A DNA stretch of 64,000 nt from an uncultured Candidatus Saccharibacteria bacterium (lineage in GTDB: Bacteria > Patescibacteriota > Minisyncoccia > HO2-45-28), in NCBI GenBank assembly GCA_964574495.1, contig CAZNNT010000001.1:5194-69193 (forward strand). The letters run 5' to 3'. The notes under the pieces were generated by a model that was not told the origin of the DNA, ran no database searches, and saw only the letters and a program-made list of their open reading frames with translations. This document shows positions 45,702-54,801 of the stretch, in pieces (position 1 is the first letter of the stretch; each line of letters begins with the position of its first letter). Position numbers and translations under genes: made by a program.

Positions 45702-47228
45702 ATGGCAAAGGCCTGTATTTTATTACAACGTAGGTTTGCTTATGTCGGCCACGCTATCGCCGTTATGCTTCAAGAAAAATACGGCGTTCGGGATTTTTGC
45801 GGCTATGTATATTTAAGAGACAGTTTGAATTTTTTAAAAACGCAAAAAGACATAAACTACTCTGAATTGATTTTAGACGAGGATATACATAACCAATATA
45901 AAAGCGAGCCGCTTGACCCCGATTATTTGCGTTTGCTTGAAAAAAAATACGGCATACCGAATCTTTGGCCCTATATAGAAATAGACCGGGTGGCGCGTCA
46001 CGGACAACTGGTAAGAGAATACCCGTATGATTCCCCCAAATATTCCCACGAAGAAATGATGAAAATAGTGCAGGTAAAAGCCAGGTCTATGATTGATTTT
46101 TTAGAAAGGCAAAAACCTGATTTTATAATTTTTTCGGTGGTCGGCGACATCGCGACTATGCTTATGTACCATGTGGCCAAAAAAATGGGCATAAAAACCC
46201 TACTTATACAAACCGCGCGCGTGGGAAACAGATATTCGCTCACCCAAAACTACGAAGATTTAAATTACATCAATGACGCTTTTTTAACCCTTCAAAAAAA
46301 TGCCGTAAGCACTTCGGAAGAAATAAAAATGGCGGAGAAATTTTTAGAGGACTTCAGATCCAAACCCCGCCCCCACTCTCCGACCGATTTGCCCAAATAT
46401 CGGCCGATCGGCAGAAGGAAGCAATTTAAATTCTTGCGGCCGGAAAATATTGTTCAATCCATCAAATGGAATTTTAAAATAGTTTACGACTACCTCAAAA
46501 ATCCGCATAAAGACGATTTCAACGCGATAAAACCGTGGCATCATTTCATTGACAGAATTAAAAGAAAATTCAGGGTGCTCGTCGGTTTTAACGATTTATA
46601 CGACGCCCCCGATTTAAACGAGGAGTTCGCCTTCTTTCCTCTGCACCTTGAGCCGGAAATGTCTATTTCGCTTTTTGCCCCCTTCTACACCGACCAGCTC
46701 TGGCTGACAAAACAAATCGCGCGCTCGCTACCGATAACCCATAAACTATATATCAAAGAACATCCGGCAATGTTCGGCTATAGGACGCGAAATTTCTATA
46801 AAGAATTAAAAAAGATACCGAATGTCAAACTTATAGACCCGTCTTTAGAAAGCTTTCCGTTAACCAAAAACGCGAAACTTATAATCACCATCAACGGCAC
46901 TGCCGGCTGGGAGGGTATTTTATTGAAAAAACCAGTAATAACTTTCGGCAATGTGTTTTACAACGCCCTGCCAATGGTGAAAAAATGCGTTTCCATCAGC
47001 GATTTACCTTATATAGTCAAGGAACAGCTTGAAAATTTTCATCATGACGACCCGGCGCTTATAAATCTTATCGCCGCGATTTTCAGAGAAAGCTTTGATT
47101 TGGATTTAGTTCAAATTTGGGACATTGAAGGAGGAGCCAACCAGCAAAAAAAACAAGAAGAGGTGGCGCCTCTCGTTGATTATCTGGCAAAGAAACTAAA
47201 TTTAACTCCCGAATCGGCGCGTTTATAA
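45702..47228 (+). CDS. Capsule polysaccharide biosynthesis/modification protein (KpsS-like)
   Basis: FFPLHLEPE, IKEHP, TINGTAGWE...KPVITFG..FY. Confidence 0.8.
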   Translation: MAKACILLQRRFAYVGHAIAVMLQEKYGVRDFCGYVYLRDSLNFLKTQKDINYSELILDEDIHNQYKSEPLDPDYLRLLEKKYGIPNLWPYIEIDRVARHGQLVREYPYDSPKYSHEEMMKIVQVKARSMIDFLERQKPDFIIFSVVGDIATMLMYHVAKKMGIKTLLIQTARVGNRYSLTQNYEDLNYINDAFLTLQKNAVSTSEEIKMAEKFLEDFRSKPRPHSPTDLPKYRPIGRRKQFKFLRPENIVQSIKWNFKIVYDYLKNPHKDDFNAIKPWHHFIDRIKRKFRVLVGFNDLYDAPDLNEEFAFFPLHLEPEMSISLFAPFYTDQLWLTKQIARSLPITHKLYIKEHPAMFGYRTRNFYKELKKIPNVKLIDPSLESFPLTKNAKLIITINGTAGWEGILLKKPVITFGNVFYNALPMVKKCVSISDLPYIVKEQLENFHHDDPALINLIAAIFRESFDLDLVQIWDIEGGANQQKKQEEVAPLVDYLAKKLNLTPESARL

Positions 47229-47232
47229 CTAT

Positions 47233-47991
47233 ATGGAACGGGAATATCCGGATTTAACGCAAAAAATATCAGGCATACAAGGATGCGTCTCAACAAAAGA
47301 AGCCGTATTTCTTTATGAAGCGGCAAGAAATTGCGGAAATGGCGTAATAGTGGAACTCGGCTCGTGGAAGGGCAAATCAACAATCTGCCTCGGGCTTGGT
47401 TCAAAAAACGGACGGGGCGTCAAGGTCTACGCCGTTGACCCGCATAGCGGGAGTCCGGACCAAAAGGGATTTGAAAAAGAAAACACATTTGAAGAATTCA
47501 AGAAAAATATTAAAAACGCGGGGCTTGAGAATATAGTTGAACCGATTGTTTCCACCTCTTTTGAAGCCGCAAAAACATGGGACAAGCTGGCGGGCCTTAT
47601 ATTCGTGGACGCGAATTATCACGACTATGAAAACACAAAAAAAGATTTTTTCCAGTGGTCAAAATATTTAATTGACGGCGGCATCTACGCGCTCCATAAC
47701 ACCGTGCCGTCGGTTTCCGGAATCTTGGAAGGAATTCCGCTTCACGGATGCGAAGCGCCCCGCAAATTTATGAATGATTTTATTTTTGGCTCTAAAAATT
47801 TCAAAGTGTTGAAAATCCAAGGCACGATAACCGCGATACAAAAATTAGAAAAATTGTCGCTTTTAGACAAAATAAAAAATAGGGCCGCCGAAATCAAAAG
47901 CGCCCTATCTTACTCAAACCATAAAATCTATTTAGCCCTAGCTTCCCTGCCGCCATCAATAAAAAAACCAATAAAGACCCTCTTCAACTAG
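47233..47991 (+). CDS. Class I SAM-dependent methyltransferase (Methyltransf_24-like)
   Basis: VELGSWKGKST, VYAVDPH, IFVDA. Confidence 0.85.
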   Translation: MEREYPDLTQKISGIQGCVSTKEAVFLYEAARNCGNGVIVELGSWKGKSTICLGLGSKNGRGVKVYAVDPHSGSPDQKGFEKENTFEEFKKNIKNAGLENIVEPIVSTSFEAAKTWDKLAGLIFVDANYHDYENTKKDFFQWSKYLIDGGIYALHNTVPSVSGILEGIPLHGCEAPRKFMNDFIFGSKNFKVLKIQGTITAIQKLEKLSLLDKIKNRAAEIKSALSYSNHKIYLALASLPPSIKKPIKTLFN

Positions 47992-48415
47992 GAATCGGTG
48001 GGAGCGAAATTTTTTCATGTGGGTCACTCGAAGGATACGCGTCAATGGCCCCCGGAGCCGATTTTACTATTGGACGATCGCCGAAATCCCTATCCCAATC
48101 CGCACACGCTCTTGCGTGAGCCATTAATGCCCGGGGAAGTGTCTGCTGGTAGCGACGTTTTATACCTCTAAATGCCGATAAGGCTTTCTGTCTCGTTTCA
48201 TAAAACCGAATCTGTTCGGTTCTTGTCCGATAAACAACAGCATCTTTAACCCCCCTTGGCGTCGCAACACAATCATCCGGATACATCCTTGAAAACGGCC
48301 ACTCCAATTTCAATAATTTTGTTGTTTTATTATAAGATAAAACCCTGGCAACTATAGCGTACTCCTTGTGTTCGTGCTGCATCAAAACGAAGCGCTTTCT
48401 TTCTCTACTCGTCAT
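47984..48415 (-). CDS. Hypothetical protein
   Basis: AAGGAGG SD before ATG; no recognisable family. Confidence 0.55.
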   Translation of the reverse strand: MTSRERKRFVLMQHEHKEYAIVARVLSYNKTTKLLKLEWPFSRMYPDDCVATPRGVKDAVVYRTRTEQIRFYETRQKALSAFRGIKRRYQQTLPRALMAHARACADWDRDFGDRPIVKSAPGAIDAYPSSDPHEKISLPPIPS

Positions 48416-48526
48416 GCTGAAACCTCCTTCCCCCTCGGGTTAACTACCTCCTCACTGATTTCAAGGAGCCTAAATCGCAACCTAGCACATTTTAATAATT
48501 ATGTAAAGTAAAGCCCATCAACCCAT

Positions 48527-49321
48527 CATACACAAGTCTGACTTGTGGTTTACCAATCTTCTAAAAGAAACTGCGCTACGTCTTCTCTCTTTTCCGCGTG
48601 CGATATCAACATGTCGCGCGCGGCTTGTTTGAAATCGGCGTCTGGCAAACCAAGATCTGCGAATACTTTTGCGTCAATAATTGGCGACAATTTACCAAAT
48701 GCCGCTGTTTGAAAACTGGAAAATGAGTAAGTTTTCGCCCATTCCCATGCTTTGTTAAATTCTTTGACAGCTTTTGCGAAACCGCCGGGATAAAGCTCAA
48801 ATACGTTTTTCACAACAATATAAGCCAGAATATAGTTTAGATCTGCGTCATCATGTATAGTACGACTTTTATAGGAACCCTGAAAAATGCTTCCTTTTTC
48901 ATTGTATTTTTCATTAAAAGACAGGGTCATGCTCCCGCATAAACGTTGTAAAAACTTAGAAATTCCTCCCTCATGAATTTCGTAAAGCAACAAATGAAAA
49001 TGATTTGGCATTAGTGTCCACGCCAATACCGCCGCCAGAGGATCACGCTCTGGCCAATGTTCCGACCGCGAAAAAAGTGGCAAATCTTGTTCATCTTTTG
49101 TCCAATTGCGATTTTGAAAATCATCATTAAGAAGATAAAGCGTTTTGACATAACGCCAATGATCGGCTTTATCGCGTACAATTTCCATTCCGCGCGCACC
49201 GCGTTTTACAACATGCACAACCGAACCAACCGAAAATGGTTCTACTCTCATATTTACATATGTAACATTATTCTATACATACACAAGTCAGACTTGTGGT
49301 GGTCCACAAGTCTGACTTGTG
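48527..49321. mobile_element. REP-flanked HUH transposase locus (REPtron-like)
   Basis: CATACACAAGTC-W-GACTTGTGGT at 48527-48549 and 49278-49300, third core at 49305-49321, bracketing the transposase. Confidence 0.8.
48550..49251 (-). CDS. Y1 HUH transposase (REP-associated tyrosine transposase, IS200-like fold)
   Basis: HVVKRG, AWTLMPNHFHLLL (HUH), FN.KY...G.IFQG.YK, downstream Tyr (LAYI), Y.FSS. Confidence 0.9.
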   Translation of the reverse strand: MRVEPFSVGSVVHVVKRGARGMEIVRDKADHWRYVKTLYLLNDDFQNRNWTKDEQDLPLFSRSEHWPERDPLAAVLAWTLMPNHFHLLLYEIHEGGISKFLQRLCGSMTLSFNEKYNEKGSIFQGSYKSRTIHDDADLNYILAYIVVKNVFELYPGGFAKAVKEFNKAWEWAKTYSFSSFQTAAFGKLSPIIDAKVFADLGLPDADFKQAARDMLISHAEKREDVAQFLLEDW

Positions 49322-50502
49322 GGAAGATTTAAAAGCTTTTCGTTAATTCTTAAAATCTGCTTGCGGTAATTATGGTCGTCATCCGCAAGGCGCAAATAGC
49401 AATTACGCGACAACTCGCTCCTTAATTCGTGATTTGAGCCGAGTTCTTCAATACGGCGGGCGAAACTTTCGTCATCATTGTCTTTGAAATATACCGCGCT
49501 TTTTTGCGACACCCATTCAAGTCCTCCTCCCCCCGGAAGAATTGACGGCAGGCCGAAAGTCATTGCTTCAAGTAAAGAAATGGAAGTCATATCTCCTCGC
49601 CATTTCGGCTGAATAAAAATATCGGCATTTTTATAAAAATCGTAGACCTTTTCTTTTTCCACCCATCCGGGCATAAAAACATATTTCTCTAAATCCAAAT
49701 CGCGAACCATCTTTTTTAATTTTTCTTCCTCGGGTCCGGTTCCACCCAGAATCAGTTTAAAATCACTTTTATTCTTCACTTTGGAAAACGCCGACAAAAG
49801 CAGTTCAAACCCTTTTCCGGGAACCATCCGGCCCGAGTAAAATAAATTTATAACGCCGCCTTTTTTATTTCTCTCTTGATATGAATTTTCAGCGATATTT
49901 AAATCGCGCATCATTTTTTTATAATCGAAACAATCGCCCACAATCAAACTTTTGTCTTTTGTTTTCAAACCAAAATCGGAATAGGCCTTTTTTAAAAACG
50001 GGTTGGTAAAAGTCATTAAATCCAGACCATCCGCAAACGGCATGCCGATATATTTTTCGATAATCCACCGGAGTTTCTTTTTTAAAACGCGCAAATACGC
50101 ACCCTTTTCCATTTTAAATTCCGAAAAAGCGGATGTATTTTGAGGCCATGAGAGCAGTTCGCGGTTAAAGCAGGCCACAACCGGAACTCTGCCTCCGAAT
50201 TTACGATAAACGGAGCCCGCGTAAAAATACTGGCCGTCTATGTAAAAAATATCGGCTTCGCCCGAATAAGCCCTTAAAACCTTAAAAACGCCCTTCTGAA
50301 TGCCAAAAAGCCGCCTTGACTTTATGTCTTTTTCAATCGTATTATAAGGTAAGTTGGAATAATGATTCGCGCCTGAAAAAACAGTGATGACATTAACGTC
50401 GGAGCCCAAATCCAGAAAAGCCCGCGCCCTTAAATCAAGATCGGCCACCGAGCCGCCGGCGCGCTCAAAATTGAGCTTTGAGGTAACAAAATAAATTTTC
50501 AT
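49288..50502 (-). CDS. Glycosyltransferase family 4
   Basis: YSGRMVPGKG, G.GPE, ADIFIQP, LLEAMTFGLP. Confidence 0.88.
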   Translation of the reverse strand: MKIYFVTSKLNFERAGGSVADLDLRARAFLDLGSDVNVITVFSGANHYSNLPYNTIEKDIKSRRLFGIQKGVFKVLRAYSGEADIFYIDGQYFYAGSVYRKFGGRVPVVACFNRELLSWPQNTSAFSEFKMEKGAYLRVLKKKLRWIIEKYIGMPFADGLDLMTFTNPFLKKAYSDFGLKTKDKSLIVGDCFDYKKMMRDLNIAENSYQERNKKGGVINLFYSGRMVPGKGFELLLSAFSKVKNKSDFKLILGGTGPEEEKLKKMVRDLDLEKYVFMPGWVEKEKVYDFYKNADIFIQPKWRGDMTSISLLEAMTFGLPSILPGGGGLEWVSQKSAVYFKDNDDESFARRIEELGSNHELRSELSRNCYLRLADDDHNYRKQILRINEKLLNLPTSQTCGPPQV

Positions 50503-50541
50503 AGTTTAATTATTTATAATATTTAATGTTTAATAAATCAA

Positions 50542-51807
50542 ATGGGAGGTTTTAAAAATAAAAAACCGAATATCGGCCCGATCACGGAATGCCAGATCTG
50601 CTCCGCGAGAAACCTGAAAACAATCCTTTCATTGGGGCACCAGGCGCGCGTCCACGGCCACCTTACGCCAAAAACGAATAATGAACCGGAAACAAAATAT
50701 CCGCTGGACTTGAATTACTGCCCTAAATGCCATCTTATCCAGCTCGGTTACGCCATTGACCCGAAAGTGGTTTTCTTTCCCGACTACCCCTACCATAGCG
50801 GAACAACAAATATGCTTGTGAAAAATTTCCGGTCCCTGGCGGAAATGACCGTAAAAAAATACGATCTAAATTCAAAGGATTTGGTGATTGACATCGGTTC
50901 AAATGACGGAACCCTGCTTCAGGGGTTTAAAGAAAAAGGCGTCAGGGTCTTGGGAATTGAACCGACCAATGTCGCGAAATTCGCGAGGCGAGCCGGCATA
51001 CCGACCATTCAGGAATTTTTTAGTGAAAAAGTCGCCAAAAAAATAGCGCGTCGGTACGGTAGGGCGAAAATAATTGCGGCAGCGAATGTTTTCGCGCACA
51101 TAAACCACCTCCGTGATTTTATGAGGGGCGTTTCAGCGCTCTTGGAAAAAGACGGGGTTTTTATCACGGAGTCGCAATACATCACGGACATAATCAAAAA
51201 ACTTGAAGTGGACACCATTTATGACGAACATTTAAGATACTACACGCTAAAGCCCATGCAAAAACTTTTTTCTCTTTCAGGATTTAGTTTGGTGGATGCC
51301 GAAAGAATATCCGCCGCCGGAGGATCCATCAGGGTATACGCCATGAAAGGAGAAAAACAGGCAAGTTCTCGGGTAAATAAAATCATAGCCCAGGAAAAAA
51401 GAGCGGGCGTTTATAATTTTAAAACCCTTCAAAAATTCGGGCAAAAAACAGTACAGGCAAAATACGGCCTTTTGGAATTGCTGATTAAGTGTAAAAAAGA
51501 AGGCGCGCGTATAGCGGGATTGGGGGCGCCGGGACGATCCAATACCCTGCTCGGCTTTAATAAAATAGACCATCACATTCTGGATTATCTTTGCGAAAAA
51601 AATACTTCTCCGAAAATCGGGCTTTTTGCTCCCGGCACTCACCTGCCGATAGTTGATGAAAAAAAACTCATAGAAGAGCAGCCCGAATACGCCCTTGTCC
51701 TTTCATGGCATATCGGAAAAGAACTTATGAAAAAAACCCGACTGGCCGGCTATAAAGGAAAATTTATAATGCCCCTGCCCAAGCCCCGCATAGTTAAAAC
51801 CATATAG
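50542..51807 (+). CDS. NDP-sugar C-methyltransferase (Zn-binding, class I SAM)
   Basis: CQIC...CPKC, YPY.S, DIGSNDG, NVFAH, DTIYDEH, GAPG. Confidence 0.9.
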   Translation: MGGFKNKKPNIGPITECQICSARNLKTILSLGHQARVHGHLTPKTNNEPETKYPLDLNYCPKCHLIQLGYAIDPKVVFFPDYPYHSGTTNMLVKNFRSLAEMTVKKYDLNSKDLVIDIGSNDGTLLQGFKEKGVRVLGIEPTNVAKFARRAGIPTIQEFFSEKVAKKIARRYGRAKIIAAANVFAHINHLRDFMRGVSALLEKDGVFITESQYITDIIKKLEVDTIYDEHLRYYTLKPMQKLFSLSGFSLVDAERISAAGGSIRVYAMKGEKQASSRVNKIIAQEKRAGVYNFKTLQKFGQKTVQAKYGLLELLIKCKKEGARIAGLGAPGRSNTLLGFNKIDHHILDYLCEKNTSPKIGLFAPGTHLPIVDEKKLIEEQPEYALVLSWHIGKELMKKTRLAGYKGKFIMPLPKPRIVKTI

Positions 51808-51808
51808 T

Positions 51809-52921
51809 ATGTCTGAAAATAAAAAAATTCCGTGGTGGGAACCGCAAATAGGCGAAGAAGATATACGCAGAGTTACCGAAGTTCTTAAAAGCAATTTTAT
51901 TAACGAGGGCAAAGTTACGGCTGAATTTGAAAAGGCCGTATCCGAGACACTCGGATGCAAATACGCGGTTGCCGTCCCAAGCTGCACTATGGGCCTTTTT
52001 GCCGCCTTAAAAGCGGCGGGAATCGGGCAGGGAGACGAAGTTATAATTCCCGACCTGACTTGGATAGCCACCGCTAACGCCGCCCAGCTCGCGGGCGCTA
52101 CGCCAGTTTTTGCCGATATTAACCCCGAAAATCTGACATTAGACCCGAAAGCCGCGGAGAAAGCCATTACAAAGCGCACCCGGGCCATTATGCCGGTTCA
52201 CGTTACCGGGCGCGCTTCCGATATGGAAGCGTTTATGGCTCTGGCTTCGCGTTATAATCTCGCGGTCATTGAAGACGCCGCGGAGGCCTTTTTTTCAAAA
52301 CACAAGGGAAAATACTTGGGAACATGGGGAACGGCCGGCGCTTTTTCGCTTCATCCCTATAAACTCATAACTTCGGGGCAGGGAGGATTCGTCACAACCA
52401 ATGACGACGAAATTTATTTTCGCTTAAAAATGCTCAAAAATCAGGGGAAAACCGAAGCGGGCACCGGAGGCGATGATGTTTTTGAATCCATCGGCTACAA
52501 TTTGAAATTTACGAATGTCCAAGCGGCCATCGCGTTAGCGCAGCTTGAACATTTAAATTTCCGCGCGGACCGCATCAGAAGGACCAGAAAATTATATTTG
52601 GAGAACCTGGCTCCGGGAACCGTTAATCTTTTTCCTTTTGATATTGAAGGCGGAGAACTCCCTTTATGGATTGACGGCTGGACCTTAAAGCGGGACGGCC
52701 TGCACGATTATCTGCACGCCAATAATATCGTCTGTCGGAAATTCTGGCATCCCGTACATCGCCAAAAAATTTATAAAGCCGGATCTGATTCTGATTTTCC
52801 GCAAAGCACCCGTATGGCTTACCAGTCAATTTGGCTGCCGTCCGCCTTCACAATGTCCGATGAAGATGTTATAACGGTTTGCAGGCGCATTAACGATTTT
52901 TTCGCAAAAAATCATGGATAA
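51809..52921 (+). CDS. DegT/DnrJ sugar aminotransferase
   Basis: EDAAEA, FSLHPYKLITSGQGG, GYNLK. Confidence 0.9.
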   Translation: MSENKKIPWWEPQIGEEDIRRVTEVLKSNFINEGKVTAEFEKAVSETLGCKYAVAVPSCTMGLFAALKAAGIGQGDEVIIPDLTWIATANAAQLAGATPVFADINPENLTLDPKAAEKAITKRTRAIMPVHVTGRASDMEAFMALASRYNLAVIEDAAEAFFSKHKGKYLGTWGTAGAFSLHPYKLITSGQGGFVTTNDDEIYFRLKMLKNQGKTEAGTGGDDVFESIGYNLKFTNVQAAIALAQLEHLNFRADRIRRTRKLYLENLAPGTVNLFPFDIEGGELPLWIDGWTLKRDGLHDYLHANNIVCRKFWHPVHRQKIYKAGSDSDFPQSTRMAYQSIWLPSAFTMSDEDVITVCRRINDFFAKNHG

Positions 52922-53918
52922 TAAAAAACGCGTGGCATTTATCACCGGCATTACGGGACAAGACGGCTCTTACTTGGCCGAATTTTTGCTTACTAAAGGA
53001 TACATAGTGCACGGCTTGGTCAGGCGCACTTCGCTTTTTAACCGTTCGCGCATTGAACACTTTTTTAATTACCCCCATAACACCGATGTGTTTCTCCACT
53101 ACGGGGATATGACCGATTCGGTTTCTTTAACCAACATTCTGGCCGAAGTGCGGCCAGACGAAATTTACAATCTGGCCGCCCAATCGCACGTCCGCATATC
53201 GTTTGACACGCCCCTTTACACGGCGCACACAACCGGCATCGGGGTCTTAAACCTGCTGGAAGCCGTGAGGGCCCTGGGGCTTAAGTCCAGAATCTATCAG
53301 GCCTCAACTTCGGAACTTTTTTCAGGAGACCCTTCTGAAGCGCCGCAAAACGAACTGACGCCCTTCAGGCCAAAAAGCCCCTACGGAGTCGCCAAACTTT
53401 ATGGATACGAAATAGCGCGGATTTATCGCGAATCATACGGCATGTTTGTCTCAAACGGCATTCTTTTTAACCATGAGTCGGAGCGCAGGGGCGAATCGTT
53501 TGTAACCAGAAAAATAACTTTGGGCATACGCGACATACTTTCCGGAAAAGAAAAATTCATACTTCTCGGAAATCTGGACGCTTGCCGGGACTGGGGCTAC
53601 GCGCCGGAATACATACAAAGCATGTGGCTGATGCTCCAGCAGCCGAAGCCGGACGATTTTGTGATTGCCACCGGCGAGACGCATTCAGTCCGGGAATTTT
53701 TAAACGAGTGCTGTAAACTTGCGGGGCTCGATCCGGAACGCATAGTAAAAATTGATCCGGCGTTTATGAGACCGAATGAAGTCAGCCACCTTTGCGGCGA
53801 CTACTCCAAAGCCAAACGCGTTCTCGGTTGGGAGCCGAAAACAAAGTTCAAAGACGTGGTAAAAATTATGCTAAAAGCCGAGCTGAAAAATACCGACTTC
53901 CCCGCCATTACGCGGTAA
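52914..53918 (+). CDS. gmd: GDP-mannose 4,6-dehydratase
   Basis: TGITGQDGSYLAE, YNLAAQSHV, YQASTSEL, SPYGVAK, NGILFNHES, FVTRKIT, RDWG. Confidence 0.95.
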   Translation: MDNKKRVAFITGITGQDGSYLAEFLLTKGYIVHGLVRRTSLFNRSRIEHFFNYPHNTDVFLHYGDMTDSVSLTNILAEVRPDEIYNLAAQSHVRISFDTPLYTAHTTGIGVLNLLEAVRALGLKSRIYQASTSELFSGDPSEAPQNELTPFRPKSPYGVAKLYGYEIARIYRESYGMFVSNGILFNHESERRGESFVTRKITLGIRDILSGKEKFILLGNLDACRDWGYAPEYIQSMWLMLQQPKPDDFVIATGETHSVREFLNECCKLAGLDPERIVKIDPAFMRPNEVSHLCGDYSKAKRVLGWEPKTKFKDVVKIMLKAELKNTDFPAITR

Positions 53919-53928
53919 CGCCAAATCC

Positions 53929-54801
53929 TTATCTAAATATTTTCAATTCGTTAAGCGCCGAGCGATAATTTTTCACGGCCACCCCCAACCGCTTCAAGTC
54001 GGCGGCGGTATCAAACGTTTTCAGTTTTTTAAGGCCGAGCGTATTTTCGGAAGTTATCGGAAGGCGTATTCCCAGCGCCTCCATAAACCGCAAAATAAAA
54101 TAAACAAAAGAAACGGGGAGGGGAATAAAAAATATTTTTTTATTCATCCTTTTCGCTATCTCAATATAAAGTTCTTTCATGGAAATTATTTCCGGGTTTG
54201 CCGCCATGAATTTACCGCTGATATTCTTATTTATCCCCAATTCTATAATTCGGCATAAATCATCCGCGGCGATTACCTGTATTTGCTGCTTTCCTCCCCC
54301 CACAAGCGGAATTATTCTTGCCTTTTTCAATATAGAGACAATTTTTCCGAATACGCCTCCGTCTCTGCCTAAAACAAGACCCGGTTTTAACACAAGGTCT
54401 TTTTGGAGGTCAAACAAGCTTTCCATTGCCAATTTTTGCCGCCCGTAATTTGACTCCGCTTCTGGATGGGCGGACAAGGTTGAAAGAAATATGATTTTTA
54501 TCCCGTATTTCCTGCATATAGCTATGATTTTTTTCGTGCCTTCCATATTGACATTGGATCCGCGATTTTTGCCGATTAAAATCTGATAGGCGCAGTGCAC
54601 CAAATAATCGGCGCCGCGGAATTGCTCGTCTTTTATGTCGGAAAGCTCAAAATGAAAATACGACACAAGAGGATTATTGCCGGCGCCGGCTTTTCTTTGA
54701 AATGCCCGGATATTAAAACCCAGTCCCGCAAAATAGGCGACTAAATTGGAGCCGATAAAGCCGCTGCTTCCGGTTATTATAATGGTTGGTTTTTTATCCA
54801 T
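53929..54801 (-). CDS. NAD-dependent epimerase/dehydratase (atypical SDR)
   Basis: TGSSGFIG, FLST, YGRQK. Confidence 0.82.
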   Translation of the reverse strand: MDKKPTIIITGSSGFIGSNLVAYFAGLGFNIRAFQRKAGAGNNPLVSYFHFELSDIKDEQFRGADYLVHCAYQILIGKNRGSNVNMEGTKKIIAICRKYGIKIIFLSTLSAHPEAESNYGRQKLAMESLFDLQKDLVLKPGLVLGRDGGVFGKIVSILKKARIIPLVGGGKQQIQVIAADDLCRIIELGINKNISGKFMAANPEIISMKELYIEIAKRMNKKIFFIPLPVSFVYFILRFMEALGIRLPITSENTLGLKKLKTFDTAADLKRLGVAVKNYRSALNELKIFR

